DNA of 63,531 nt, filler included, from Globobulimina sp. (GCA_003354225.1; 24 parts of 24 records of this genome joined end to end with filler, not necessarily neighbours in it); one strand, 5' to 3'. Positions 1-12,432 are shown, counted from the first letter of the whole stretch. Program-made: numbers and translations. Notes: generated by a model not told the origin, from the letters alone.

Positions 1-2553
1 TGTCCATCAATATTAAATGTTGCTTCTACACATTCAAATGTTACTGCTTTTGTGGAAAATATTCGTTTCCAATTAGCCTTTAACATTTGCGGTATATATT
101 GATTTAAATTTGATTCTGTGTTTAGTGGTATTTCTGAAGGCCACTCCAATCGAATGACAACAGGAATATCCATCTTTGATATTGAACTTAAATCGTTAAT
201 AATTGACTCACATTCCATATTGCTCAAACTGTAACCGCTTGGCATTAAAAATCTGATCAAATCTGACTGACAAAATAAGACACAGATATTTGGAATGTTT
301 ACACAGCCATTCTCTTTCACAAATATCTGCCTCATCCATTCATAGTGTTTAATTAATTCGACATAATTCAATTGCACCATCGGATGACATGTCTGATAAC
401 TCAATAAATCATAAATATATGGTGGTATGTCTGGGACAGTCGCGTTTTGCAAATCTGTCACAAGCATATTATTGATAAGTATTCTCATTACTTTCTGCTG
501 TTTGCCACGTAACACGATACTTTGTCCAATAATGGTTAAACCATTCATCATTCTCGAAATAATATTTAATGGCTCCATGTATTTCCTGAAGCTTTTCCAT
601 TTCCCATCCACAATCTGTCGAATTGACGCAATTCTTAACACAGTCTCACCGCCAAAAAACAAACATTCTTTTTCCTCTGCAAACACTGACAAAGCAGCGC
701 AGTCAAACTTAAATACATCAAATGTATCTTTATATAGCTCCAATTCTAATATCATACCACCGCCTTGTCCTGAAAACTTATCTATTGCTACAAATAACTA
801 TAACAAAAATTCATTAAAATTCATGCAAACTCAACTAAAGCAATACAAACATACATTGGTGGTCGTACTTGTTGGCAAATTAAATCTGGTGACTAACATT
901 TCAAAATAAAACACAACACTCACTCCGCGATAGAATCTGGTGCTTCGGCTTCCTTTTAAAGAGGAACCATAACATTGTACGCATCCCGTCAACAATTTGC
1001 TCCAATTTGCAACCTCCGCAATTTTCATATCATTTTCAGATCGAAGGATGGCACAAAACTTGCCACATAATGCCGTATAATCGGTATATAATTTTAATGC
1101 TAAAAAATGCGGCAATGAGAATGGTGCATATTGTTGAATGTGATACATATTTTGATGATAACCGCGACATAATAACCGTTTGACATATTGCGTTGTTGAC
1201 ATATTTTTGCATTCTACCTCTAATTCATTCCATTGCTTCACACCGAATGATACCTGTTTGTTATTCAACATTTCTTCTTTCAAATTGTTATGATTTGCTT
1301 CAACATAATTTTTATGATATCGATGAGATTCCCAATAAAAAAATTGAACGCCTAAATCATAAATAAGTTGTTGTTTGCTGCTATCTTTTGATTCTGGCTG
1401 TTTTTCTTCGTTATTATCCGACAAATCAAGCTCTTTATTCTCATCTACGTCTATTTCGTCTGTTTTTTGTTCAGGCTCAGCATCGATAATTAATATTGGT
1501 TTCCATTTTTTTATTTTAACATAAACCTCAGCAAATTGTTTTTTTTTATATCCAGTCAATGTCTCAAATATTTTCGCAAATTTCGTACTTTTAATAAATT
1601 TATCATTTAACTTATTTTTGTTGAATATATTTGCGTCAATCAATGGCTTTCTGTTGGTTATAATTTCTAGAAATTCTTCAATTTTAATGTTGGGAAATAA
1701 TGCATTGATCATTAAATGTGCATATTTGACAAAACAATGATGATTCAATTCTTCAACTTTGATATATTCAAATAAAATATATTCGTATATTTTGCGCCTT
1801 ATCTGACCACTCTTACTCAGACTGACAGTGATAATCTTATTCGTAAGCTCCAGATTTTCATCATTTGCTTCAAAATAAGCTTCAATTATATCTGCTATGA
1901 ATACGTGTCTGTCCTTATAATCGTCGAATGCCTCTCGCAAATGTTTCAGGTCAATAATAATATCATGGCTCTTCAATATTTGTTGAATTAATTTGAAATC
2001 TAAAATATTTTTATTAATATTACTGTGCGTAGACGTTGCCGCAAAATCGCTAATATATTTATTATTATTTTGAGAAACGTTTAATTTTTTCCTCTTTTTA
2101 TTGAGAATAAATGTGATAATTTCCAGCTTTTTGTCATCTAAAAACGCATCCTCTGCAAGCTTCTCATCACAAACTTCATTTAAGATTTGTAATTGTTCAC
2201 TAATTTGATTGCGTTCCTTTGCGGTAAAACGATTTATATCATATCCGTGAAGAAAATAAACATGAATTCTCGATATTAAATCCATTGTATACTGCATATT
2301 GCTGTCAATCGCATTCTTTTTATTTTCTAATTCATTCCTTTTTGATCTGTCTCTCCAATGCATTTTGAGATGATTACAGTTTTGAACGCTACAAACTTTA
2401 TGTAGATAATTATATAGTTTGTCAAATTCGTCATGTTCGTCATCAACACGATGGTAATATTTGATATGATGATAATCATCCAATAATCGAGTATTGTTAT
2501 ATTTATTTTTTAGCAATATCTCTGAACTACATTTTTTTAGGATGATTTGTATT
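1..2553 (-). CDS. Large protein with an R-S-E class mono-ADP-ribosyltransferase domain (partial at both ends, one intron)
   Basis: ORF 831..2516 splices through a 57-nt GT..AG intron (854..798) into a frame open to position 1. This gives LKLYTDY...RFYRG...LPTSTTTN|LFVAIDKF...LSVFAEEKECLF, the YT, R, STT and ExE motifs of ARTC/toxin ARTs. Confidence 0.75.
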
Positions 2554-2653
2554 NNNNNNNNNNNNNNNNNNNNNNNNNNNNNNNNNNNNNNNNNNNNTTA
2601 ATTAATTAANNNNNNNNNNNNNNNNNNNNNNNNNNNNNNNNNNNNNNNNNNNN
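2554..2653. other. Artificial contig-joining spacer (first of 23 identical ones)
   Basis: 44 N + TTAATTAATTAA (stops in all six frames) + 44 N. It recurs about every 2.65 kb between contigs whose length falls from 2553 to 2550 bp. Confidence 0.99.
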
Positions 2654-2859
2654 TATAAATACTGCTTCTTTATATCAATAATAAAGTCATCATCGAGGAC
2701 GACACAATGATGCCAGCTCCAAATAGCATAAACAGGTACAAAGTACCAATAAGATACCCAAATAACGCAATAACTCAGCAATACTATCAAGCGTCAAACA
2801 GTCAAATAATATATGCTGTCTATATGTGTGTTGTGTTTTGTTTTCTTCCCATAATAATA

Positions 2860-5090
2860 TTATTTCCTATTTCCAACTGTGGGAACATTATCTGTGACAG
2901 TGACAGGAACTAACTCCGTTGTCTTTGCATGTGGAGCATCCTTTGGGATTGGATTAAATTGCTTGATATGTGGTGTTGCCTGCGGCCTTAATTTTGCATG
3001 TCTCGATTTGCCCGAAGCCAAATGTACAACGCCAGTCGCTGCTTTTCTATTTTTCATTGGTTTGAGTGCCGCGTCTTCGCCATCCATGCCATCGTCATCA
3101 GACTGGTCAACAGTGCTCGATGACAATCCCGATCCGCCTCTACCAAACACGGTCATGGCATGTCTCGTTTTTTTATCCTTTATCGCATATCCTTGCTTAT
3201 AATCGATAGCCACGCCGCCATGATCATGTTCATCCAATCCAGACCGCTCAATGTCTGCCGAGACCCGCAAAATGCCACAGAACTTCAACCACAAAAATAA
3301 GGCACCGATCCATAACACCACCCATAAAATGATGATAAACACTGCAAATATTTGCAAGCTTTAATACAAAAACAAAAATGCGCATTTTGACAAGTTGGAT
3401 TTATGCATATCACACTCACGAACTCCGTATCACAAATCCATGCAATATTTGCCGAAATCCAGCAGGTCAAACTGCTCTTTTTTGCTGTCACAATTCCGGC
3501 AATGAACTCCTTGCAACATCAACTACCTTAAGCGATATCCTTTGGTGGCATTGATCAACACAGCATTGTCCGGATACGTTACAGCAATATTCTCAGAACT
3601 CGCAAACAGGCCAACCGCCACAATCCCCCACATTCCACCACATCCATGAACTGCCCAAGCATCTGATCACAACACAGAAACACACAAACACTGCCTAACA
3701 AAGCACACAAACTGATACTGTACCTAAAGGATCGTCGACTTGAACCCGTTCCAAAAAGCGAGACGCAGTGTAATACACAATGGCGCCAAGCACACCAATC
3801 GCCAATGCGTCGCCAGTGTCCACCACAGCACACGGCGCAGTGATCGAGACCAAACCCGCTAAGATACCGTTACACACTCTCGGTAAACTGAAGTATCCCT
3901 CCAGTACACGGCCAGTGGTCGCAGCGGTAATACCGCCTCCAGCCGCGGCTAAGGTGGACGTCACAGCCACTTTGGAAGCAATGGCCATCACTCCATTGGC
4001 CGCCAAGGTACTGCCTGCGTTGAAGCCGTACCATCCAAACCATAGAATAAAAGTGCCCAACACCTGGAAAGGCACATTGTTGCCCAACGTGTGTTGCGAT
4101 TTGAGTGCTTCCCAATGTTTCAGCTCTTGTCGACTCAGACTATTCTTTGCTGTTTCTGCTGCAGCCCCAGCAGTGGCAGTGGCAGCGTCTGCTTGTGGCC
4201 CTGTTGCGGTTTGTGCCGCAGTGACCTGCTCATATTTGAATCTGTTGATCCGTGGACCCAACATGACTGCGCCCAGTAAGCCGCTCCAACCGCCCACCAT
4301 ATGCACCACACCGCTGCCGGCAAAGTCGATGACGCCGCCTGCGAAGTGAGCGTCGGGGTTGAAAGGCGAGAGCCAGCCATGAGAGGACCAAAACCAATGT
4401 ACCACGACAGGGTAAACCCACACTGTCAGCACGATTGTGTACGTAAAATAGCCAGACAACGAACAGCGTTCAGCTACGGAGCCAGACACAATTGTTGCTG
4501 CAGTCTGAAGATGGAAACAAAGTGCATTAATGCATGCGGATATATATAATGAATGGAAATGTTAGTTTTTTAACTGCAGCAAAAGCCCATTGGAAAAAGA
4601 ATGAGTTCCATTGGATGGGCGTGGCGGATAAGGCGACATTGTGGCAGCCAATGAATCCATTTATGGAACAGGCACCGTCGCCGTATGCCACTGCGTAGCC
4701 AAATAAATAGAATCCAATGGCCCCAACACAGGCATCCATCATGTTTTTGAATAAGATATTCTGAACGTTGCCGATTTTGACAGATCCAGCTTCCAACATT
4801 GTGAATCCAGTCTGCATGAAAAATACCATGGCTCCGGTGATGAGCACCCATAAATAATCTAAATCGAGCGCGTTTGCGATGGAACCATAGAATGGATTGT
4901 CGCACGAGTCGCAGGTTTGGGGCACTTCCTCGACGTCGAATTTGGAGGTATCGACACATAATGTTGCTAGCTGCGATGTGTTGGAATATGCATCGATTAC
5001 TTGGAAGCAAGACTCAGTCGGTGGTTGAGCTTTTATTGTGTTTGATATTGAGAGTGACAAAGTGCAGAGAATGAGGAATAACCAAGACAT
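2860..5090 (-). CDS. amt: Ammonium transporter (Amt family), 4 exons
   Basis: Motifs FFMQTGFTMLEAG, FFQWAFAA|TAATIVSG, DFAGSGVVH, LWFGWYGFN, NGILAGLV, DDPL|DAWAVHG and LRVS..E..GLD..DHG. Introns at 4574..4505, 3723..3663 and 3526..3359 keep the frame. Confidence 0.95.
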
Positions 5091-5657
5091 TCTTTTTGAG
5101 TGACACTGAGCTTACAAGATTTTGTATTTAATTTAGACAATGGCAAACATCTTTTAATTCGCTTGTGGATCTTTTACGCCATTGATTAATGAACCCAACA
5201 ACGAGANNNNNNNNNNNNNNNNNNNNNNNNNNNNNNNNNNNNNNNNNNNNTTAATTAATTAANNNNNNNNNNNNNNNNNNNNNNNNNNNNNNNNNNNNNN
5301 NNNNNNTCATTGTACTTTGTTGGAAAATATATTGTAGTTTTACTGTACTGATTGTACTTACTGATTGTTGAAAAATATATTTATTCCAATTTAATTGTGA
5401 TGCAATGCTAAATATTATGATTAAAAGTAGCATAATTTCAAAACTAATTCTTGTCCATTTTAAGCAACAGCAGTCAATCTTTGTCCGCATGACTTGTTGA
5501 CTATGTTTTGGATGTGTTTTTGTGTTGGTTCGACTGCGACATGATTGGATGTCGGACATTGTTGGTCGGCATTATTGGAAAATCCTTGCATTGATTTTAG
5601 GGAAAAAAATAATAATTTATCATAATAAAATTATAATATATAAATAGTACTTTTGTT

Positions 5658-7076
5658 TCAAAACGATTCACTTTCAGTTTGATTGAATCTTTTTGGACAA
5701 ATAACCGGCGCTAAAACCGTCCACCAAAATAATACTACGGTAACGCATTGTGTAGTAATATTAACAATCATTGATTGCTTTCCATCCGCAGCGCTTCTCA
5801 ATGTCCCAGCGCCCCAATCAGTTAATAACATTGCAAAATAACATGCCGCCAAAGTCAATATCAAATGAAAATAGGTATTACTTATTCGCTGTGTTCTTTC
5901 TGATGCCTCATTTCCATCATTTGCAATTATGTTTGATTCATCCTCACAAAGTACACTTTCTTCATTTTCAGGTTTTTTATCCTTTCCACTTTTTCTACTT
6001 TGTTTATCAAATTGATCCGATATCGACAATTCAATATTATTCACACTGCCATCCACAAATATATATTCATTATCATTTTTCTCCCATAAAACACCAATTC
6101 GATCCGCAATCAATGCAAAATAAAATATAGCAATAAATAAAAATACAAATCCAATCCATAACGAAGCAGAATTGCGATTATTTGCAAATGTATTACACCT
6201 CTCATCCGATGAGCTTTGTAACGCAGAAAAACATAAAAACGTAATATAAAATGAAACAATGGCCGACACAAATAATGATCCATCACCGCGAACTGCTGAA
6301 ATTATAAAGTTTAGTGTCAGCATAACGATTGTTAATGAAACTAATATTTTTTCAAAACTGCAACTTTTATCTAAAGCATACCATTTAAAAAATAAACAGC
6401 AAAACGTCAACGATATTGCATATAAACCAAATATGGTTACAGCTAAAATCACAAAATACCTATTACAGGAATTATTTTTTGTTTCTGTGTCCATTGAGCT
6501 CAGTGATGCACTTGATTGAGCGTTACCTTTTTCTTGCAGATAATCATTAATTTTATAACCATATAGTATAAAAATTAAAATTTGTAGCAATAAATAAATG
6601 CCAGAAACAAAACGTGCAAAGTAATCCGCATAGCCTTGAAAGAATTGATTTGAATGAGTTGAGTCGCCGACAACAAATGTTAATGTCAAACAGATGGTAA
6701 ATATAATAAATTTTAAGAAGAAGCAGAGCCAATGAAAGGAGATTGCACCGCAACCAATGACAACAACATGAATCAATTCAAAAATAAATAAAATACATGA
6801 CACTCTATATACTGATCCATTGCCTGAACAGGTTGAACTAGTGCATATTGATGAGGTATAAAATTCTAAATTTAATGCGGTTGTACCGTATAAACTCATT
6901 ACAATCGAAAAAATGCCAGCTATAAAAAATAAAAATATGTATGGAATGCGCGAAATCAAACCAAACCTTTGCCCTTATATAATTATATATTTTGTCATGT
7001 GCAGATATCGATTGTAAATACACAACAAATAAATGGTACCTTCGCATTCGCCACAACAGCTACAACATATTCCCAT
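5658..7076 (-). CDS. Serine incorporator (Serinc/TMS1 family) membrane protein
   Basis: Cys-rich start MGICCSCCGEC, intron 7039..6974, many TM helices, and motifs VYRVS, YFHLILTLAACYFAMLLTDW and WTVLAPVICP.R. Confidence 0.88.
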
Positions 7077-7167
7077 TGTACAACAGGTGTTTTTAAGCTT
7101 TAGTTACCTCGGGGTTTTCGCTCATGCAAGTTTCGAAAATTATAAAAAATTAAAACAATTAATCATT

Positions 7168-7858
7168 CTAATATTTTTTGGATATCCAAACACAAATTAA
7201 ATTACAACACTCGTCGCATATCCAACAACAGGACACAAACCATGCTTGATTTTGATTTAAATTTAAGCAGATACATAAGGAATTTATCAAACAATTGGTT
7301 GATAATAATACCGCGTAAATGAAATAACTAGTTTCGTAGTATACATTCCCAGCTCTAAACGATAACGATTTGTTTGCTGCAGATACTAAAAATATTTGAG
7401 TTGATATAATAGCAATACTCGATAATATGGCATATTTGGAGGCAGCGTTCAATATTGACATTTGCTTTGTATTTACATTCAGTTCCGAATTCTCAGTTAT
7501 TTGCACCGAATTGGATGTACTGAAACTCCTGTTGGTACTATTAATATTTACACCGTTAACGTTTATACTCTTTGTTATTGTTAATGATGGAGCTAATAAG
7601 GATTTTGTTTTACTTTGGTCGTTTTTATAATGATGCGCAGTTTCAGTTTTATGATATATGCTAAATAATTTGAACAATTTATTAATGAAAATATAGAGTA
7701 AAAAGATGGATAAAATTACATCTATAAATTCTGTGAACGACACCATTATCATTCCTGGCAAAGAGAATTGCTGCGCAGTGGCAATAGCGGACCAATATAA
7801 AATATACCAACCAATATATATCAGTCTGGACAAAAAAAATACAATGACCAAAAAGTAT
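7168..7858 (-). CDS. Multi-pass membrane protein, C-terminal part (GPCR-like topology)
   Basis: Four hydrophobic helices with a long polar loop and a Cys-rich tail. Runs off the contig end. Confidence 0.5.
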
Positions 7859-8011
7859 NNNNNNNNNNNNNNNNNNNNNNNNNNNNNNNNNNNNNNNNNN
7901 NNTTAATTAATTAANNNNNNNNNNNNNNNNNNNNNNNNNNNNNNNNNNNNNNNNNNNNTTTTAAACAAAATATGATATTATATAATGTTTATAGTATGAT
8001 TGGTTATTAAC

Positions 8012-8193
8012 TGCGAATGTCAATTTTCTTGGATTTTGTTTGTTTCTTTCAATTTCCCGTCGTTCTATGAATGTATTCTTTTATTAATCTCCAATTCTAT
8101 TATTTATAAAACTAAACCTGCACAGAAATAAAGATAGGAACTCGATTCTTTTTTTGGTTTTCCTCGTTGTGGTGGTGACGGTTTTCCTGCCAT
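8012..8193 (-). CDS. HMG-box protein, 5' exons (not in the ORF track)
   Basis: ATG at 8193. Exon 8193..8118, a 53-nt intron and exon 8064..8012 give MAGKPSPPQRGKPKKESSSYLYFCAERREIERNKQNPRKLTFA, matching the HMG-box start PKK..S.Y..F..E.R. Confidence 0.7.
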
Positions 8194-8826
8194 TTTATTC
8201 AGAACACAATAGTTATAAAGAAAGGATTGAAGAATGATGTTTTATTTGTTGATGATGAAAAACTACCTAAAAAACATCAACTTCAACTTACTGAATCTTC
8301 AGATTGTGCTATAAAATCAACAGAAATCAATTTGGAAATCAACAGAACAATCCAAATCGTATAAGTTTTGCAAAGTTATTTAAATACTCTGCAATAAGTA
8401 TGTTTCCGTTTTTGTTGGACATTAAAATTGGAAAAACATTACAATATCATAATACAAAACACTCTAAAATGCAAAAAAAATAACACACGAACTTGAAGGA
8501 AAAACAAAATGCGTTTATACAATGAATACGCGATATAAAGGAGACTAATTAAATGAAATACAAATTAATAATTGCACACAAAGCCATAAAATGAAAATAT
8601 TACAAAAAAAACAAAAAATACTTGCATTTATAACTTTTATCGTAGACAACAAAAAAGAATCAACAAAAACGTTATTAATCAAAAGAGAAATAAAAACATG
8701 GCGGTCCGGATTAATTTTTTTGTTTTTATAATAATATAATTAAAAAATACATGTTTTTATTGCCATAAATCATTGTCGAAAACTTCGAAATCCAAAAACA
8801 AAAATCAACTGTTTTTCATTTATAAA

Positions 8827-9746
8827 TCAATCCCAATTTGTTCCTTTAAAGACAGATTTCCTTTTTTCAAATGAATCCCGTTTGCAAAATGGATTATATT
8901 TATTATATATTTGGTTGATGGGCGGTGGTTTTCTTTCAAATCCCATGGTTTGCGGGAAGGAGGTAATTGAACTTAGCATAGTTTCCGGAGTGCCACAGAT
9001 ATCGATGGGAGTCATGGGAGTTATTGGTTGCTGATTGTTGTTATTTATGTTATTTATGTCCTCATTCTCGTGATCGATATCATTAATTATTGACAAATAT
9101 TCAGTTTTGGGGAATTTGTTTGTGAATAATGTGACAGTTTGAACATTGTCATATGAGCCCGATGGTGAACCTTCCAACTGTTGGATGGGAGTACCACTCG
9201 TTTTGGTATAATGTACACCTTTTTGTATGGTTCTTTGGTGTTTTTATATGGCATTACACATCAAATCAAATCAAAATGGAATATATTCAAGTAATTATAA
9301 ATTAACTCGCTTTCGTGAGGATATAACGTCATACACATAGAGGATGGCGAGAAGATATCCTGTTGAGATTGGGAACTTTCATCGTCATATTCGCCATCGT
9401 CATCAGTGAACAATGTGTTTTTATTTTGTTTATTGTTATTTGTAGAAATGTATTTGCTGTCCGGAGTCTGTGGAATGTATAATGATATTTTGGGTGGTTT
9501 CATTGGCGCTGACGTTTTAATTTCAGGGAATGCAGTCTCATGCAGTTGTGCACTGTGTACGTGTTCATTACGTAATATATCTAATGCTGTTGTATTTTTT
9601 ATGTTGCATGATGCTGATGATTTAATTCGATGAAAATGCCTTTTGTCTGTCATTATTTTTTCAGTTGGTGTTGGCGGTGGTGTTGGTGCATAAAAATAGC
9701 ACATGTTAGTATCTTGACATGAAGCCATTCTGAATTGATTTTTCAT
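8827..9746 (-). CDS. Hypothetical low-complexity Pro/Ser/Thr-rich protein, 2 exons
   Basis: ORFs 9261..9746 and 8827..9177 join in frame through a 74-nt GT..AG intron at 9306..9233. Confidence 0.55.
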
Positions 9747-10207
9747 TTTTGTGACGAGACAAGACTACTACTGTACTTTTGTAAAAAGTCAGTGGAATAG
9801 AAACGATTAAGCGTCAGATAAAAGTTGTAAAAACAATAAAGAACAAAGATAATATGACGAACCAATTCATTATTTAGATATAATTATACACATTGAGCTA
9901 TGTCATGTATAAACAATTGAGTTATGTTAGAACAATCTCCATCTTTCTCAATCAGATGTCATTAATGTGATTGATTTTGTCAAATCCGCTTATTGTTTAT
10001 TTTGTGAATCAGTGTGGTAATGATGATGATGATGATGGTAACCAAAAAAAAGAGAATTAATCATGATCACACAATTGCGATTTAAATTATATCAATATAA
10101 TATGAAATAAATGATTTAAATTATGATACTAAACAAAACAAAACAAAAAAACTTTACGCTCAAAATACTTTAGCTATCTTACAAGTATTAGTATTAGTAT
10201 CTGTCAA

Positions 10208-10510
10208 ATGAAATTACAAAAGAATTTTGTCAACAAAAATCCAATTTTTTGCATTCCCACAGTGGTGGATAAACAACACAAATCGTATAACATTACCGCT
10301 GTGTTTGAGAATAAAGGTTATCTGTCTGACATCAATGCATTTGATATATGCCAAAAATGGTACCAACAACAAAGGTCGTTGAAAAGAGGAATAACTGTAA
10401 CTATTTTGCAATATCAACACATTAAACCACAGGAATTGAATGACGTCTCTTTTATTTATAATATTAATAAAAGGATATTAGAATATGTATACAACTCGAA
10501 TTTCGATGAC
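10208..10510 (+). CDS. Hypothetical protein, truncated by contig end
   Basis: ATG-initiated frame open to the contig end. No recognisable motif. Confidence 0.35.
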
Positions 10511-10669
10511 NNNNNNNNNNNNNNNNNNNNNNNNNNNNNNNNNNNNNNNNNNNNTTAATTAATTAANNNNNNNNNNNNNNNNNNNNNNNNNNNNNNNNNN
10601 NNNNNNNNNNTTTTTGTTATAGGATGTATGTGTTTAGGTTTTGTTTTATCTGAAGTATAATAGGGAGAA

Positions 10670-10996
10670 ATGAAAATGAAAGAAGAAGGTAGAATAGAAA
10701 TATGTTTAACACCATCAACTTATACACCATCACGTAATGTAAGAAAAGCAATGAATTTTGATGCTTATTGGTTTAAAGAAGCTATGTGTCCAATTGATAT
10801 TCCCACTAATGCCGATTCTGCCATGATTGGAAGAATGAATATGTCTATGAAACGTCAAGATGAAATATTAGAAAGAAGAAGAGATATAGCAAAAATGTTA
10901 TCAAAATCAATTTCAGATACCATATTAGATTATTTTGAACAACAAGATACAATAGATGGATATTCAAAAAAGGAATTTCGCAATGAAAACTATTAA
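10670..10996 (+). CDS. Phage hypothetical protein
   Basis: Shine-Dalgarno-like GGGAG before the ATG. First of five tightly packed, co-oriented, intronless ORFs. Confidence 0.8.
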   Translation: MKMKEEGRIEICLTPSTYTPSRNVRKAMNFDAYWFKEAMCPIDIPTNADSAMIGRMNMSMKRQDEILERRRDIAKMLSKSISDTILDYFEQQDTIDGYSKKEFRNENY

Positions 10997-11201
10997 TTTG
11001 GTAGATGGAACATCAAACACAGAAGTAGATGAAGTAATATTTTCAAAAGAAAGTAGATTAACAAGATTTGATCCTGATGATTTAGATCGTGTTGATAATT
11101 ATTTTTTTATTGCGACATCACAAAATGAATATATTAGATTACAAGATTGTGAAATTGATAATTTAATTGAAGCATTAAAACTTTTCACAGTAAAATCATA
11201 A
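10983..11201 (+). CDS. Phage hypothetical protein
   Basis: AAGGA precedes the ATG at 10983 (MKTINLVDG...). Overlaps the upstream stop. Confidence 0.7.
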   Translation: MKTINLVDGTSNTEVDEVIFSKESRLTRFDPDDLDRVDNYFFIATSQNEYIRLQDCEIDNLIEALKLFTVKS

Positions 11202-11257
11202 TATAGTCTTTAAAATTTACCTTCATAAAATCCATAAATAAAAACAAAAAGGATTTT

Positions 11258-11797
11258 ATGAAGGTTAGAATAGGAATTGATCTTTCTTTAAGATCAGCAG
11301 GAATAACAGTTGTTGATTTGAAAAACAAATTATTAAAAATTTATGTTCATCAACCAAAGAAATTAAAAGATGAAACATATGAAGAATTATTGATTAATAA
11401 TTTATCAAGATTCAAAGAAATAATAAATGAAATTATTATTAATTATGATGTTGTTCAAATAAATTTAGAAGGACTATCTTTTAATTCGTTATCATCAACA
11501 GCAGATGTTATTGATGCTCAATTTTGGTTTTTAAGATGTTTTATATTTGAATTAGGAATATCGTTAAAAATATTTGCTCCTGCTAATTGGAGAAAGATTA
11601 AAGAAATTAAAGATCCTGATATTAAATTGAAAACATATAAAGCCGAATTAGGAAAAGATTATTGGAAACTTTTAGCTTTAGGTAAATTGAATAAAGAAAC
11701 ACATGATATGATAATTTATCATTGTGAAGATAATAATTTGAAAACTAAAAGTGAATTTGATATTTGTGATAGTTATTGGATTGGATGCTGTGAATAA
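11258..11797 (+). CDS. Phage RuvC-like (RNase H fold) Holliday junction resolvase/nuclease
   Basis: N-terminal IGIDLSLRSAGITV, central INLEGLSF, C-terminal DICDSYWI give the D-E-D-D RuvC pattern. AAGGA RBS. Confidence 0.8.
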   Translation: MKVRIGIDLSLRSAGITVVDLKNKLLKIYVHQPKKLKDETYEELLINNLSRFKEIINEIIINYDVVQINLEGLSFNSLSSTADVIDAQFWFLRCFIFELGISLKIFAPANWRKIKEIKDPDIKLKTYKAELGKDYWKLLALGKLNKETHDMIIYHCEDNNLKTKSEFDICDSYWIGCCE

Positions 11798-11972
11798 AAA
11801 AGAAAATATAATTTTATGTTTAAAAAAGCAATCACAACTTAATATTGCTAAAATTGAATATGAAATGATGATATACGGTAATTATGGATTATCAAGATAT
11901 GAAGATTTTGATAACAAATCAATTAAAATAAAATCATTAGAACAAGAATTAAATGAATTAATATATGAATAA
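11790..11972 (+). CDS. Small phage hypothetical protein
   Basis: Fills the gap between the RuvC-like and DUF4326 genes with short overlaps. Start uncertain (GTG 11790 or 11751). Confidence 0.55.
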   Translation: MNKKENIILCLKKQSQLNIAKIEYEMMIYGNYGLSRYEDFDNKSIKIKSLEQELNELIYE

Positions 11973-12240
11973 ATTTGTTGTTCATTGTAAAAAAGATAAA
12001 TATGACGTTTATATAGGTAGAGGATCTGTTTTTGAAAATCCTTTTATAATAGGTATTGATGGAAACAGATCAGAGGTTATTGAAAAATATAGAAAATGGA
12101 TTTTAACACAACCAGAACTATTAAATAAAGTTAAATTATTAAAAGGAAAAATTCTTGGATGTTGGTGTGCTCCTAAGAGATGTCATGGTGATGTATTAGT
12201 TGAATTTGGTAATAAAAGTGATATTAACAAATTATTTTAA
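11965..12240 (+). CDS. DUF4326 family protein
   Basis: VVHCKK..YDVYIGRGS.F.NPF.IG.DG.R.EVIEKYR.W...LKGK.LGCWCAPKRCHGDVL is the characteristic DUF4326 signature. Confidence 0.9.
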   Translation: MNKFVVHCKKDKYDVYIGRGSVFENPFIIGIDGNRSEVIEKYRKWILTQPELLNKVKLLKGKILGCWCAPKRCHGDVLVEFGNKSDINKLF

Positions 12241-12248
12241 AATAACTA

Positions 12249-12277
12249 TTGACAACAAAATAATATTAATGTATAAT
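12249..12277 (+). promoter_or_regulatory. Consensus sigma70 promoter driving the RNA cluster
   Basis: TTGACA (12249-12254), 17-nt spacer, TATAAT (12272-12277). Confidence 0.9.
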
Positions 12278-12290
12278 GTATGTATAAAAA

Positions 12291-12426
12291 TTAAATAGTA
12301 CATTGTTCGGAGGGAGTTGTCTTGAAATAGACAAATGACTGTATTAATCACACGGTTAAAAGGGGTTGATTACCTTACAAGACAGACATGTGAGATCTTG
12401 TTCCTTCAGAAGAGTGTACTACTTAA
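12291..12426 (+). ncRNA. Putative structured ncRNA A (long closing stem plus 4 internal hairpins)
   Basis: TAGTACAT..GGAGGGA pairs with TTCCTTC..GTGTACTA. Internal stems TTGTCT/AGACAA, GACTGT/ACGGTT, AAGG/CCTT and ACAAGA/TCTTGT. Confidence 0.65.
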
Positions 12427-12432
12427 TATAAA

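Noticed and set aside
427-909. Antisense and alternative-frame ORFs (e.g. 427..909, 3780..4349, 14515..15081, 19914..20402, 41124..41528)
   Set aside because: Shadows of well-supported genes on the opposite strand, with no motifs of their own.
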